A DNA stretch of 62,522 bases from a virus. Its lineage: Duplodnaviria; Caudoviricetes. The stretch covers positions 1 through 62,522 of IMG/VR virus record IMGVR_UViG_3300032236_001596. One strand, written 5' to 3'. Position 1 is the first letter of the stretch. Each line of letters opens with the position of its first letter. Below are positions 9,210-19,974 of this stretch, in pieces. The notes under the pieces were generated by a model that worked only from the letters and a program-made list of their open reading frames with translations, was not told the DNA's origin and did not search any database. The translations under genes were made by a program, and so were the position numbers.

Positions 9210-10346
9210 ATGGCAGTATATAAAATTTTTAGTAATAGAGACGCAACTATATATTCTGGATATCCTTACATGAATACAGGATTAGATGAAATATTAGAAT
9301 GTTCTACTAATTACTATATAAATCTCAATCAAGATATAGGTGGTTCACCTCAAGCTTCAAGATTTCTAATAGCTTTCCCTCAAAACAGCATCTTAAATAC
9401 TATAGACAATGTAATATCAGGAAGTCAATGGGTTTCCAATTTACGAGTATTTAATGCTTTAGCTAAAGGACTCACCAACTCAGCGTCTATAGCTATAAAT
9501 GCTGTAGCTCAAGATTGGGTTATGGGATCAGGACGTTATCTTACAAACCCAATAAACACAAGTGGAACTTCTTGGATAACAGCAGGATATTCAGGAAGCA
9601 CAATGTGGATTACTAGTTCATTCCCATCAGGTATTACTGGATCTTTTAATATAGCAAATAACCCATCTTCAGCAGGTGGTGGTACTTGGTACACAGGAAG
9701 TCAAGCTAGTCAATCTTTTAGTTACTACTCTGATTTAGACATAAAAGCTAATGTAACTGATATAGTAACAAATTGGTATAGTGGTAGTTATAGCAATTAC
9801 GGATTTATAGTTAGACAAACATCATCACAAGAATTTGTAAATGATATAAATCAACAAACTGAATTAAGATACTTTTCAACAGATACTCATACTATATATC
9901 CACCTTGTTTAGAATTTAAATGGTATGATTATACTTTTAATACAGGATCTTCACTAAACCAGATAATAACTTCACCTGATGCTTTAATTTCATTAAATAA
10001 TGATACAAATTTTTATTATAGTAATAGTATAACCAAATTTAGAGTATTTGTTACTCCTAAATATCCTATTCGTCGTTTTATGACAAGTTCATATTATATG
10101 ACTAATTATTATTTACCTAATGATGTATCTCTATATGCTGTAAAAGATACAGAAACTAATGAGTTCGTTATAGACTTTGATCCAACATATACTAAAATAA
10201 GTGCTGATTCTAACAGTAGTTACTTTACAATATTTATGAACGGACTTGAACCAGAACGTCATTACACAGTATTAATACAAACTGTTATTGATGGAAATAC
10301 TATTATTTTTGATAATAATTTGGATTTTAAAGTAATAAATGGGTAA
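9210..10346 (+). CDS. baseplate-associated virion protein
   Basis: DATIYS...NTGLDEILE; NYGFIV; position; rich in SGS/TGS. Confidence 0.55.
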   Translation: MAVYKIFSNRDATIYSGYPYMNTGLDEILECSTNYYINLNQDIGGSPQASRFLIAFPQNSILNTIDNVISGSQWVSNLRVFNALAKGLTNSASIAINAVAQDWVMGSGRYLTNPINTSGTSWITAGYSGSTMWITSSFPSGITGSFNIANNPSSAGGGTWYTGSQASQSFSYYSDLDIKANVTDIVTNWYSGSYSNYGFIVRQTSSQEFVNDINQQTELRYFSTDTHTIYPPCLEFKWYDYTFNTGSSLNQIITSPDALISLNNDTNFYYSNSITKFRVFVTPKYPIRRFMTSSYYMTNYYLPNDVSLYAVKDTETNEFVIDFDPTYTKISADSNSSYFTIFMNGLEPERHYTVLIQTVIDGNTIIFDNNLDFKVING

Positions 10347-10714
10347 TGAAAGCACAACTAACTAAAACAGTATTTAATAAAAATAAATTCACTTCTACAG
10401 TTGATACTACATTTTCTCAATTAGTAGAAAAACCTAATCCATCCTTCTTTGATATAAATTTGGCTACCATAGAAGATTTTTTTACATTATATAATAAGTT
10501 TTTCTTTCAAATACCTAAAACAGGTACTGTTAATTCTCATGAATATTTAGTTACAGAAAGTGGTAATTATATTGGATATGAGCAAAATAACACAGAAATA
10601 AATTCATTATTAGATCAAATTACCCAATTGCAACAACAAAATACTACATCCGCTGTAGATTTTGCCAACTCAATAGCAAGTAGTATAAATAGTACATTAA
10701 CAGGAACACAATGA
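10346..10714 (+). CDS. baseplate-region hypothetical protein
   Basis: Coupled ORF within the structural operon. Confidence 0.55.
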   Translation: MKAQLTKTVFNKNKFTSTVDTTFSQLVEKPNPSFFDINLATIEDFFTLYNKFFFQIPKTGTVNSHEYLVTESGNYIGYEQNNTEINSLLDQITQLQQQNTTSAVDFANSIASSINSTLTGTQ

Positions 10715-13700
10715 ATATCCCAATATCTTCATCTATAACACAAGTAGACCCAGGAACCTTATCTCCTAGTGGATTTAATTTATTAGACCAAAATGTAATT
10801 CCTAATGAAAATATTGTTGGAACCTTTACTCCTGGGCAAGATTTAATAGAATTTTTTGCTTATGATTCCAATAATAATCTAATATCATCAGATTATAACT
10901 TTACAAACTGGTCTACTAACCAAAACTCATCAGTATACAGTACTGATAATATATCAACAATAAATCTCTCACCAGATGAAGATTTATATATTAGGGGTTT
11001 TGATGTTGGAGATTTGTATGCTTTATATAATTTTATTACTCCTGAACTAAGTTCAAGTATTAATTCAACCTACTTCATATCAGATATATCATCAGATAGA
11101 ACTGAAATAAAAATAACATCTAATACTCTTCAAAATAGTGATATATCTTCATCATTTAGTACACTTATAAGTAAAATTACTTCATCTGAATATTTTGATG
11201 AATTCTATATCAATTTTGGAGAAAATCAATATTATACAGCTGTAAATGCTCAATTAGATACTACAACAAATCCATATTCTGTTTTAATAAAATTATATGA
11301 GCCTTTACCTACACAATATGATTTAAAAACAACATTATATGTTGTCTATAAAAGCGCAGAAACTCAAGCATATAAAGTTTCTTTTGTAAATGATAATTTA
11401 TTTTTAGATAACATTACATATATAAAAGGACCTAATACAAACTTAAATATAAAAGATGTAGTAAATAACTCTACTAATTTTAAAAATTTAAGTAGCTTAG
11501 TATCATCTTCTGTAACTGGTTCAAATTATCAACTACAAAATGCTTTGAACACAACAGGTATTAGATTAACTCCTAATTATTCTATAAATACTTTTAGTGA
11601 TTTTGTTCATTTTTCTTCTGCAAGACAAAGAATATTGAATTTTGTAACTAAAGTACAACAAATACAAACATACCAAGGTGATATAAATATAGTAACTAGT
11701 ATTACTGGATCTACCTCTAGCTCAAGTCAAATTTCTTCTAGTATAGCATTTTATAATAATACCATATCGTCTATTATATCTAATTTTGATGGATATGAGT
11801 ATTTTCTATATTATACTTCTGGATCTGATTCTTATCCAAAAACAAATAGTATATACCCTTATACTTTAGCCTCAACAATATCAGCCTTAGCTCTTAACTG
11901 GATAGGTAGTGATGATGAATTAAATCCATATTATGGAGGTATAATATTATCTGCTTCTCTTTATGATAATACTAATCAAAACTATCTATACTATACAGTT
12001 CCTGAATTTATAAGAGACAATAGTAATAATGCTCAATATACTGAATTCATAAACATGATTGGGCAGCAATTTGATGAAATATGGCTATATACGAAAAATA
12101 TAACTAATAAATTAGATAACACTAATGTTCTTAGCGATGGTATTCCATTAGAATTAGCTCATAGTGTTATTAATTCTTTTGGATATGAGGGATATGGAAG
12201 TAATACTACTAACCATGACAATTATATTAGCTTTTTAGGAGCCACACCTTCAGGAGAATTTACCCCTCCAACAGGAAGTGAGTTAATTACTAACTATATA
12301 GCAGTAAATAATAGTGGTAGTATTCATTATCCTTATGCTATTGATGATGTTTCTAAAGAAATATTTAAAAGATTATACCATAACATTATATATTTAGCTA
12401 AAAAGAAAGGTACCTTATCTGGATTAAGACAACTTATAAACATTTGGGGAGTACCTGATACTATTTTAAGAATAAATGAATATGGTGGAAGAGACAGAGG
12501 TACAACTAATGTATATGATCATTGGTATAGACGTTATAGCTATGCTTACACTCCTGATCTAGACAACCATAATATCCCAGATTCAACAGTACTGATTCCG
12601 TGGATGCCTTTAACTAAAAACTACATATCTAGTAGCCGTACTGATTATACAGCACCAGACTGTATTGAATTTAGATTTAAAACCAATGGTGCTCCTACAG
12701 GAAGCTATGTATCTCAATCTTTATTAGTAAAAAAATCAGACGGAAATGCTTCAAACATTAATTTTGATTTTGGAATACAATTAACATACAATACTAGCTC
12801 TCTAATCTCAGGATCTTATTCTGGATCGATTATAAATAATTACTCAGAATATGGAACGATGACTCTATTTATGTCAGCTTCTTCTCCTCAAACTACAGCA
12901 GTATCGTCCCCTATATATTTACCATTTTTTGATGGTGGTTGGTGGAGTATTATGTTACAGAAAAATAATACATCTTCACTTAGCAACCCCATATATACCT
13001 TATCAGTTGGAAATAAAATATATAATGGATATGATGGTAATACTGTTGGATATACAGGATCTACTACTATTATAGCATATGATGATTCTAGTTCTATAAA
13101 CAATGCTTGGAGCTCATATGGAACATCCTCAGTAGATGGAATATATTTAGGTGGATATACTTTAGGCTCAAAAGTAGGTAATCTTCCATTATCAAGTAAT
13201 ATTATATCTCCAAATGCTTTTCAAGAATTTAGATATTATAGTCGCCCATTGAATCAAAATATATTCAATGATTATATAATGAATCCTAGATCTATAATGG
13301 GACTTAATGTTACAGGCTCATTAAGTTCTTTTGATATACTTAACTTTAGAGCTCCTCTAGGAAATGAACTTGAAAACACTACCAGCTCACTCCACCCAGC
13401 CTCTGCAAATAAAGTTATAGGATTAATAACTAGCTCATTTATTGATCCGTCTACAAACATCACATCAAGTGGTTTCCGAATAATATATTATGGAAAGACT
13501 CCTACAAACTTTTATAATTTACCTAATACAGAAACATATTATTTAGATCAACCTTCTATAGGGTTAAGAAATGCAGTTAATGATAAAATACAAGTAACGA
13601 GTAATGAAACCTATGGAAATGTTCTATCATTATATAAAAGTATACAACAGAACTACCCAGTTGATTTTAATTACTCAAACAATATAAATACTTTAGATGT

Positions 13701-16311
13701 TTCATTTTCTCCCCAAGATGAAATAGATGATGATATAACTCAAACCATAGGATACGAAAATATATCAGACTCAATTTCAGATCCTAGGTTTATATCTTCA
13801 TCTAGAGATTATTATCCAATATTAAGAAATATATCTGAAGATTATTTCAAAAAATATTCTAAAGGAAACATATACGACTATATAAGACTAATAAAATACT
13901 TTGATAATTCATTATTCAAAGCCATAAAAAATTATGTCCCTACTCATACATCAGTATCTACAGGTGTAGTGATAAAGCAACACTTATTAGAAAGAAATCG
14001 AGTACGAGTTCCACAAGTATCAACTAACTATACACAACTGGGTGTTACTTCAAAAGATATATCTCTTAGTACTAATATTAATATGTATTCTTTTAGTGGC
14101 GGAACCGGTGGAAGTGTAGAAAAATATAACTATACTGGATCTCCTGACTTTTTCCATGCCTCTATATCTCAATCATGGTTAAACAGTTTTGATACTCCAA
14201 AAGGATTACAAACAATGACTATGAATTCTGAAAGAGAATTCTATAATGGACAATATAGTGGAAGTAATATCGTAGTAAGTAATGGCGAATTAGATCCAGA
14301 TAATGTTTTTAAATATGCTAGTACTTATCAAGTAACATATAAAATAAAACAATTCGCATTTAATAACTTTGCTTTAAATCAAGCTGCTAACTTTAGCGAT
14401 TTTGCTAATGATCTCAATATAAATGGAGTATCAACAATTCCTGCATCTGGGTATATTACTATGTTTGGTGTACCTTCATTACCTGGATATACTAATAATA
14501 TTGTAACAGCTATAAAAATAAACTCTGTAGATCTTAATGGTACCAATCTTGATATTACTTTAGCTAGTGTCACTAGCATTACTATAGGATCTTATAAATA
14601 TAATGTTTTAACTAAACAAAAACGTAATAGTGCTACTGGTTTCTGGTATTTCACAGTGACCACAGATCCAAGTAATTATCTTCGTAACCCCACATCTCAA
14701 GGAGACTCATTCGGAAATTCATCAGGGAATCTTATAATATTAAATCCATTTATACAACCTCCATTTCTATTCCATAATTCAGACTATGATGTTACTATGA
14801 ACAACATTAATAATGATGTTCTTAATAGCTATTTAATGGAAGTTGATTACCCATTAGTAAATGATAGCCCGTTTAACTTCCAATACATACTATCAGGAAG
14901 CGCTACTAGAGCTGCAGTTCCAGATAGTAACTATACAACTAAGAGAATAATAATTCCAAGATATGAAGGAAGTAAAAATTATAGTGCCAATTATAATAAT
15001 TATACTCCTTCATCAAGTAATGTACAATTTTTAAATGGTGATACTGGAAGTTGGGCTGGAGATAGATCATTAGGAAAAACAGCAGCTATAGATCATTATC
15101 CTATATATTTTGCTCATTTTAATTCATCTAAAACCAACTCAGAAGTATTTAATACTTCAACATTCGATATAGATTCTTTAATTGAAGTTCCATTTAATGA
15201 TATTCAAGGAACTAATTATAAAGCTAAAACTATAAAAATTGATGGTAGCAATAATAATCTATATTTTATAGCAAATACCTTTGAAAAAAATAGAAAAGTA
15301 GCAATAGTATATAATACAGGATCATATAATACAAACTATTCAACTATAGGAAAAAATACAATTCTTCAAGGAGGATTAGAATATCAACTAATAGTAGGAG
15401 ATGAAATATCAAAAACAAGTTATTCTCCATACATGAATTTTAAAGTCCCATCATGGGGTACTTCATTATCATCATCAAATGGAACATCTCCATCAATATC
15501 AACTTCTAATACAATGCTACAAACAGGAAGTTTCCAATTCAGACTAAAAGGATACCCAGTACCTTCTGGATATGCAGGAATTAATCCATCTGTTGTTGTA
15601 CATTATGATGCTACTTCCTCATTACAATACTTTACAAATGATTTAGCTGTTATTCATTCTATAAATTATGCTGTAAAAAATCAAATACCTTCATTCGCTA
15701 CTGCTAGTGTAGATCCTGGAATGATATACCCTACTACTATTACTTCTTCTATAGGAATACCAGCATCATTAGTGGGAATAATAGATCCAAATGATCCTTC
15801 AAATTATTATACTTTAGCAGTTTCATCTAGTGGGTTAAACCAATATGAAGATTTCAATATACCTTTTCTATTGCAGAGAGGAGATGAAATAAGAGTGTCT
15901 TGGTTTTCTTATAATGGTTACATAAATATATCCCATTCTCAAGATTTTACAGTAAGTGATGTGACTTATTCTCCAACAAATGATACATATTTTAAATGGC
16001 CACCAACATATGCTGTATCTAATCCTACAAGCTACTCTTTAGTTGTTTCTTCATCTCTAATAGATACTCTAATAGTACATCCGGACCCATCAACATTTAA
16101 TATACCTAGTGGACAAGTACATTCATTTACAATTAGAAGAAGAAACCAAGCAGACAATAGAGTAGTTATATTCCAAACACCTCCTACAGGTTCACAAGGT
16201 ATACTAACACCATCTGTAAGTGGTTTCTTAATACCAGATGACTTTAATGAAATACAAAAACATAATACACTTACATTGATAGATCAATTAAAAGGCTTAA
16301 ATGCGTTTTAA
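10711..16311 (+). CDS. large baseplate wedge protein (gp7-like core plus LamG-like and accessory domains), 1866 aa
   Basis: YLAKKKGTLSGLRQLINIWG...ILRINEYGG resembles the gp7/P2-gpI-type motif; FQEFRYYSRPL is a LamG-like end; Ser/Thr/Asn rich. Confidence 0.6.
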   Translation: MNIPISSSITQVDPGTLSPSGFNLLDQNVIPNENIVGTFTPGQDLIEFFAYDSNNNLISSDYNFTNWSTNQNSSVYSTDNISTINLSPDEDLYIRGFDVGDLYALYNFITPELSSSINSTYFISDISSDRTEIKITSNTLQNSDISSSFSTLISKITSSEYFDEFYINFGENQYYTAVNAQLDTTTNPYSVLIKLYEPLPTQYDLKTTLYVVYKSAETQAYKVSFVNDNLFLDNITYIKGPNTNLNIKDVVNNSTNFKNLSSLVSSSVTGSNYQLQNALNTTGIRLTPNYSINTFSDFVHFSSARQRILNFVTKVQQIQTYQGDINIVTSITGSTSSSSQISSSIAFYNNTISSIISNFDGYEYFLYYTSGSDSYPKTNSIYPYTLASTISALALNWIGSDDELNPYYGGIILSASLYDNTNQNYLYYTVPEFIRDNSNNAQYTEFINMIGQQFDEIWLYTKNITNKLDNTNVLSDGIPLELAHSVINSFGYEGYGSNTTNHDNYISFLGATPSGEFTPPTGSELITNYIAVNNSGSIHYPYAIDDVSKEIFKRLYHNIIYLAKKKGTLSGLRQLINIWGVPDTILRINEYGGRDRGTTNVYDHWYRRYSYAYTPDLDNHNIPDSTVLIPWMPLTKNYISSSRTDYTAPDCIEFRFKTNGAPTGSYVSQSLLVKKSDGNASNINFDFGIQLTYNTSSLISGSYSGSIINNYSEYGTMTLFMSASSPQTTAVSSPIYLPFFDGGWWSIMLQKNNTSSLSNPIYTLSVGNKIYNGYDGNTVGYTGSTTIIAYDDSSSINNAWSSYGTSSVDGIYLGGYTLGSKVGNLPLSSNIISPNAFQEFRYYSRPLNQNIFNDYIMNPRSIMGLNVTGSLSSFDILNFRAPLGNELENTTSSLHPASANKVIGLITSSFIDPSTNITSSGFRIIYYGKTPTNFYNLPNTETYYLDQPSIGLRNAVNDKIQVTSNETYGNVLSLYKSIQQNYPVDFNYSNNINTLDVSFSPQDEIDDDITQTIGYENISDSISDPRFISSSRDYYPILRNISEDYFKKYSKGNIYDYIRLIKYFDNSLFKAIKNYVPTHTSVSTGVVIKQHLLERNRVRVPQVSTNYTQLGVTSKDISLSTNINMYSFSGGTGGSVEKYNYTGSPDFFHASISQSWLNSFDTPKGLQTMTMNSEREFYNGQYSGSNIVVSNGELDPDNVFKYASTYQVTYKIKQFAFNNFALNQAANFSDFANDLNINGVSTIPASGYITMFGVPSLPGYTNNIVTAIKINSVDLNGTNLDITLASVTSITIGSYKYNVLTKQKRNSATGFWYFTVTTDPSNYLRNPTSQGDSFGNSSGNLIILNPFIQPPFLFHNSDYDVTMNNINNDVLNSYLMEVDYPLVNDSPFNFQYILSGSATRAAVPDSNYTTKRIIIPRYEGSKNYSANYNNYTPSSSNVQFLNGDTGSWAGDRSLGKTAAIDHYPIYFAHFNSSKTNSEVFNTSTFDIDSLIEVPFNDIQGTNYKAKTIKIDGSNNNLYFIANTFEKNRKVAIVYNTGSYNTNYSTIGKNTILQGGLEYQLIVGDEISKTSYSPYMNFKVPSWGTSLSSSNGTSPSISTSNTMLQTGSFQFRLKGYPVPSGYAGINPSVVVHYDATSSLQYFTNDLAVIHSINYAVKNQIPSFATASVDPGMIYPTTITSSIGIPASLVGIIDPNDPSNYYTLAVSSSGLNQYEDFNIPFLLQRGDEIRVSWFSYNGYINISHSQDFTVSDVTYSPTNDTYFKWPPTYAVSNPTSYSLVVSSSLIDTLIVHPDPSTFNIPSGQVHSFTIRRRNQADNRVVIFQTPPTGSQGILTPSVSGFLIPDDFNEIQKHNTLTLIDQLKGLNAF

Positions 16312-16368
16312 AAAAACAATAACATTTTATAAAATATATATATTTATTAACAAAACAAATAATTAAAA

Positions 16369-17025
16369 ATGGGATATTTAAATTCACAAATTATTACAGT
16401 TGATAGTATTCTTACTAAAAAAGGAAGAGAATTATTAGCAAGAGGAGACGGCTCATTCAAAATAACACAATTTTCACTAGCTGATGATGAAATTGATTAT
16501 ACTATGTATAATCCTAGCCATCCATCAGGCTCAGCTTATTATGGTGAAGCTATCACTAATATGCCTCTACTAGAAGCTTTTCCTGATGAGAATCAAATAA
16601 TGAAATATAAACTCACAACTTTACCTCGTGGAACTGCTAAAATGCCTGTACTTGACTTAGGATTACAAGCAATAGTATTAAAACAAGGATCTTCATTAGC
16701 AATAACTCCTCAAACACTTAACTACCTTAATAATAACCAAGTAAGTGAAAATTCAGGATATACAGCGATAATATCTGATGTTAGATTATTTAACTCATTT
16801 ACAGGTATAGGAATCCAAAGCGCAAATACTACTGCTTTAAATTCTACAACTACTATAGGAACTAATGTATCTAAAACAGTTATAGGAACTACAATCAATA
16901 TGTCCGCAACTACAGTAAATACATTGTTTGGAAGTAATAATCAATTACAAGCTACATTAACTGTTATTGGACGTGATAGCGGTGCAAGAACAGTAGTACC
17001 AGTAACAATCATTAAAACAACTTAA
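16369..17025 (+). CDS. virion structural protein (baseplate/tail-collar-like)
   Basis: ILTKKGRELLARG...ITQFSLADDEIDY. Confidence 0.55.
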   Translation: MGYLNSQIITVDSILTKKGRELLARGDGSFKITQFSLADDEIDYTMYNPSHPSGSAYYGEAITNMPLLEAFPDENQIMKYKLTTLPRGTAKMPVLDLGLQAIVLKQGSSLAITPQTLNYLNNNQVSENSGYTAIISDVRLFNSFTGIGIQSANTTALNSTTTIGTNVSKTVIGTTINMSATTVNTLFGSNNQLQATLTVIGRDSGARTVVPVTIIKTT

Positions 17026-17043
17026 TAAAACAAAAAATATAAC

Positions 17044-18078
17044 ATGAGTTTCAAAGCATTAGACCCAGAAGATTTAGTAATAAGTTCAGATGCTATTACA
17101 GCAACAGTGTGGAGTAATTACGCTCCAACATTAAATAGCTTTTATACTTCTTCAACACAAGTAGCTAGTAATACTGCAAATTACTATTATGATATATATA
17201 ATTTGAACCCAACAGGTTCAACTGCTGAAAGACAATTTAGCTTAGCTTATTGTGATATTAATGGAAGTGGAAGTACATTTTACAATTTTCTAGTAACTGG
17301 ATCCAGTCCTTCTAGAACTTTATATGGACAATATAAGTCCCTAGTTTTAGGAAATGAATATAGTAACTTTATATTTGGAAATTACTCAGCATCTTACTTT
17401 TATGCTATGCCTATTAACAGAGCTAGATATAAAGAAACACTATTCCCTGGTTCATTAACTTTAACATTATCAGGATCAGCAGGTACAATTAACTTAACAG
17501 ATGACAGCCAAGTAACTCCATCTATTACATTCTTAGATTCAGGTCGAGTATTTAATCTAGTATCAGGATCAGCAGGTAATGTATATACTGGAACAAATGC
17601 TTTAGGATGGGCAGGAGGTGCAACCGCAGCATCTGGTTCATATGGTTGGTTACTACCAGACATAGGAGTAATATTACTTAATGGAGTAGCTTTAGATGGA
17701 GGAAGTGCAGCTGGTGGAATATCTTTAGGAACTTCAAGAGCAGCTAATACCACATCATCATATAACTTAACAAAAATATATACTGCAGTTTCTGGAGGGG
17801 CTAGTTTCACTATAAATAGCCAAGAAACTTTAACATCAGATTATGTCTTTGTAAGAGCAAGAAACTCAGAATTCAACTATTCTGAAAATCCATCTTTTAT
17901 TTCAGGAAGTACAGGAGCTGTATTGTATAGCTTATTTATAAATAGTCCTCAAACATACATAACTACTGTTGGATTATATAATGACAATAATGATTTATTA
18001 GCTGTAGCAAAACTATCTGCTCCTTTAGTAAAAGATTTTACAAAAGAACTATTAATTCGTTGTAAGCTTTCTTTTTAA
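17044..18078 (+). CDS. virion structural protein (fibre-attachment/collar-like)
   Basis: C-terminal YITTVGLYNDNNDLLAVAKLS. Confidence 0.55.
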   Translation: MSFKALDPEDLVISSDAITATVWSNYAPTLNSFYTSSTQVASNTANYYYDIYNLNPTGSTAERQFSLAYCDINGSGSTFYNFLVTGSSPSRTLYGQYKSLVLGNEYSNFIFGNYSASYFYAMPINRARYKETLFPGSLTLTLSGSAGTINLTDDSQVTPSITFLDSGRVFNLVSGSAGNVYTGTNALGWAGGATAASGSYGWLLPDIGVILLNGVALDGGSAAGGISLGTSRAANTTSSYNLTKIYTAVSGGASFTINSQETLTSDYVFVRARNSEFNYSENPSFISGSTGAVLYSLFINSPQTYITTVGLYNDNNDLLAVAKLSAPLVKDFTKELLIRCKLSF

Positions 18079-18099
18079 TCACTCAATTATTTTTACAAT

Positions 18100-19020
18100 A
18101 TGAGTGTATTTAAACAGTTCACAACACAAGATGTAACAGTATCACCTTTTATAGTTAATAAATTCTTTTACTATACAGGTAGCCAGGTTACTGGCTCTAA
18201 TGTAGGTATAGAATTTTACGCTGGAATAAATTCATCATCTAATTATAGTACAGGATTAGTAAGTGAACAAAGTGCATCTGCTGTATATGATAGTGTTAAA
18301 CAATTATACTATTCAAATTATCTAAGTTCAAGTGCAGGAGATTATGTTGCTACTCAAAGTCTAGTTCCTGGCTCTGATCCTTCAGGAAACGTTTATGTTG
18401 GAACAGTACATTCACCGTTGTATGATAATTATATGTACTCTACAATATCTCAATCTAGATATTTTCCTACAGCATCAGGAGCTAACATATCTGTAATATC
18501 TATTCCTACCAAACTATATGGGGAATATATAATGCCTGATACTTTTAAAGTTACATATACATCATCAACCTATCCTTATCCTAAATTTAATATAATAGAT
18601 GACGGTGAAGGAAATCTAATAGCTAATAATAAAGTTGTAGGACAGATATTTTATTCCCATGGTATGGCCGTTATTACTAGTTCAAGTCTTGCAACCATAT
18701 CTAATGATGTAAATACTGTTAGTGGTGCTTTATCTAAAGTTGCTATATCATATTCTTCATCTTTTGAAATTTTAGAAACCCAATATAGATGCACTATCAG
18801 AGAAAATGAGTACGGATACTCATTAAATCCTTCATTATTATCTGGTAGTACTCTTAATACTTACTATGATTTTGCTACAGGCTCTAATTTTACACCATAC
18901 ATAACTACTGTTGGATTGTATAATGATAATCAAGATTTAATAGCTATAGGTAAATTTGCTCAACCTATCCCTGTATCTAGATACACAGACATGACTTTAG
19001 TTTTAAATTTTGATTTTTAA
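18100..19020 (+). CDS. virion structural protein, paralog of 17044..18078
   Basis: C-terminal YITTVGLYNDNQDLIAIGKF. Confidence 0.55.
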   Translation: MSVFKQFTTQDVTVSPFIVNKFFYYTGSQVTGSNVGIEFYAGINSSSNYSTGLVSEQSASAVYDSVKQLYYSNYLSSSAGDYVATQSLVPGSDPSGNVYVGTVHSPLYDNYMYSTISQSRYFPTASGANISVISIPTKLYGEYIMPDTFKVTYTSSTYPYPKFNIIDDGEGNLIANNKVVGQIFYSHGMAVITSSSLATISNDVNTVSGALSKVAISYSSSFEILETQYRCTIRENEYGYSLNPSLLSGSTLNTYYDFATGSNFTPYITTVGLYNDNQDLIAIGKFAQPIPVSRYTDMTLVLNFDF

Positions 19021-19023
19021 ATT

Positions 19024-19464
19024 ATGTGGTATTATAAAGGAAAAACAGTTAATGATATTGAAGACTTAGGAAAAGATGTCTTTGGCTTTATATATGTTAC
19101 TACACATATTCATACTGGAAAAAAATACATAGGTAAAAAATCACTCCAACATAATATAAAGAAAAAACTAACCAAAAAACAAATAGCAGAACAAACAGGC
19201 CCAGGCCGTCGTAAAGTAACTGAAAAAGTACAAAAAGAGTCTGATTGGAAAACATATTATGGATCTAGTGAGTTTATTAAAAATCTTATTAAAGAAGGAA
19301 AACAGGATGAACTAAGTCGTGAAATAATTCAAGTAGTTTCTAATAAAAAATTATTAACATATTATGAGATGAAACATTTATTCATGAATGAAGTGTTAGA
19401 AAATCAAGATAAATGGTTAAATGATAATATACAGGGACATTTTTTCTCAAAAGATTTTTTGTAA
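19024..19464 (+). CDS. GIY-YIG-like nuclease
   Basis: GFIY...KKYIGKK; WKTYYGSS; WLNDNI. Confidence 0.65.
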   Translation: MWYYKGKTVNDIEDLGKDVFGFIYVTTHIHTGKKYIGKKSLQHNIKKKLTKKQIAEQTGPGRRKVTEKVQKESDWKTYYGSSEFIKNLIKEGKQDELSREIIQVVSNKKLLTYYEMKHLFMNEVLENQDKWLNDNIQGHFFSKDFL

Positions 19465-19485
19465 AATAATACCATATTTATAACC

Positions 19486-19923
19486 ATGATTAAACTTCTT
19501 GACATATTATTAGAAGATACTAATAAAAAAGATGCATGCTATTATAAAGTTAAAAGTCGTTATAAAGTATGGCCTTCTGCTTACGCATCTGGAGCCCTAG
19601 TTAAATGTCGTAAAGTTGGTGCCGCTAATTGGGGCAACAAAACTAATGAAGATGAAATAGATGAAAGTAATGAAACAGACTATTCTAAAGAACACGAACA
19701 AGGATTACATGGCTGGTTCAGTAGAAGAGGAGGTAAAGAATCAAAAGGTTGGGTAGATTGCAACACATGCAAAACAGATCCTAAAACAGGTAGAAAAAAA
19801 TGTAAATCATGTGGTAGAGAAAAAGGCGAGAATAGAAAATACCCCGCCTGCAGACCAACACCAGCTTCTTGTGGAACACCTAAAAAAGGTTCTAAATGGG
19901 GGAAAAAATCAAATAAAAAATAA
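19486..19923 (+). CDS. basic Cys-rich two-module protein with MIKLLDILLE tag
   Basis: KDACYYKVKSRYKVWPSAYASGALVKCRK module, acidic linker, then GLHGWF..WVDC..YPACRP module. Confidence 0.7.
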   Translation: MIKLLDILLEDTNKKDACYYKVKSRYKVWPSAYASGALVKCRKVGAANWGNKTNEDEIDESNETDYSKEHEQGLHGWFSRRGGKESKGWVDCNTCKTDPKTGRKKCKSCGREKGENRKYPACRPTPASCGTPKKGSKWGKKSNKK

Positions 19924-19931
19924 ATTTTAAT

Positions 19932-19965
19932 AAAGCTTGGAAATCCAAGCTTTTTTTATTATAAT
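19932..19965 (+). terminator. intrinsic terminator overlapping a sigma70-type promoter (TTGGAA-N17-TATAAT)
   Basis: AAAGCTTGG-aaat-CCAAGCTTTTTTT; the -35 lies within the stem; TATAAT at 19960. Confidence 0.7.
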
Positions 19966-19974
19966 ATATGGGTT

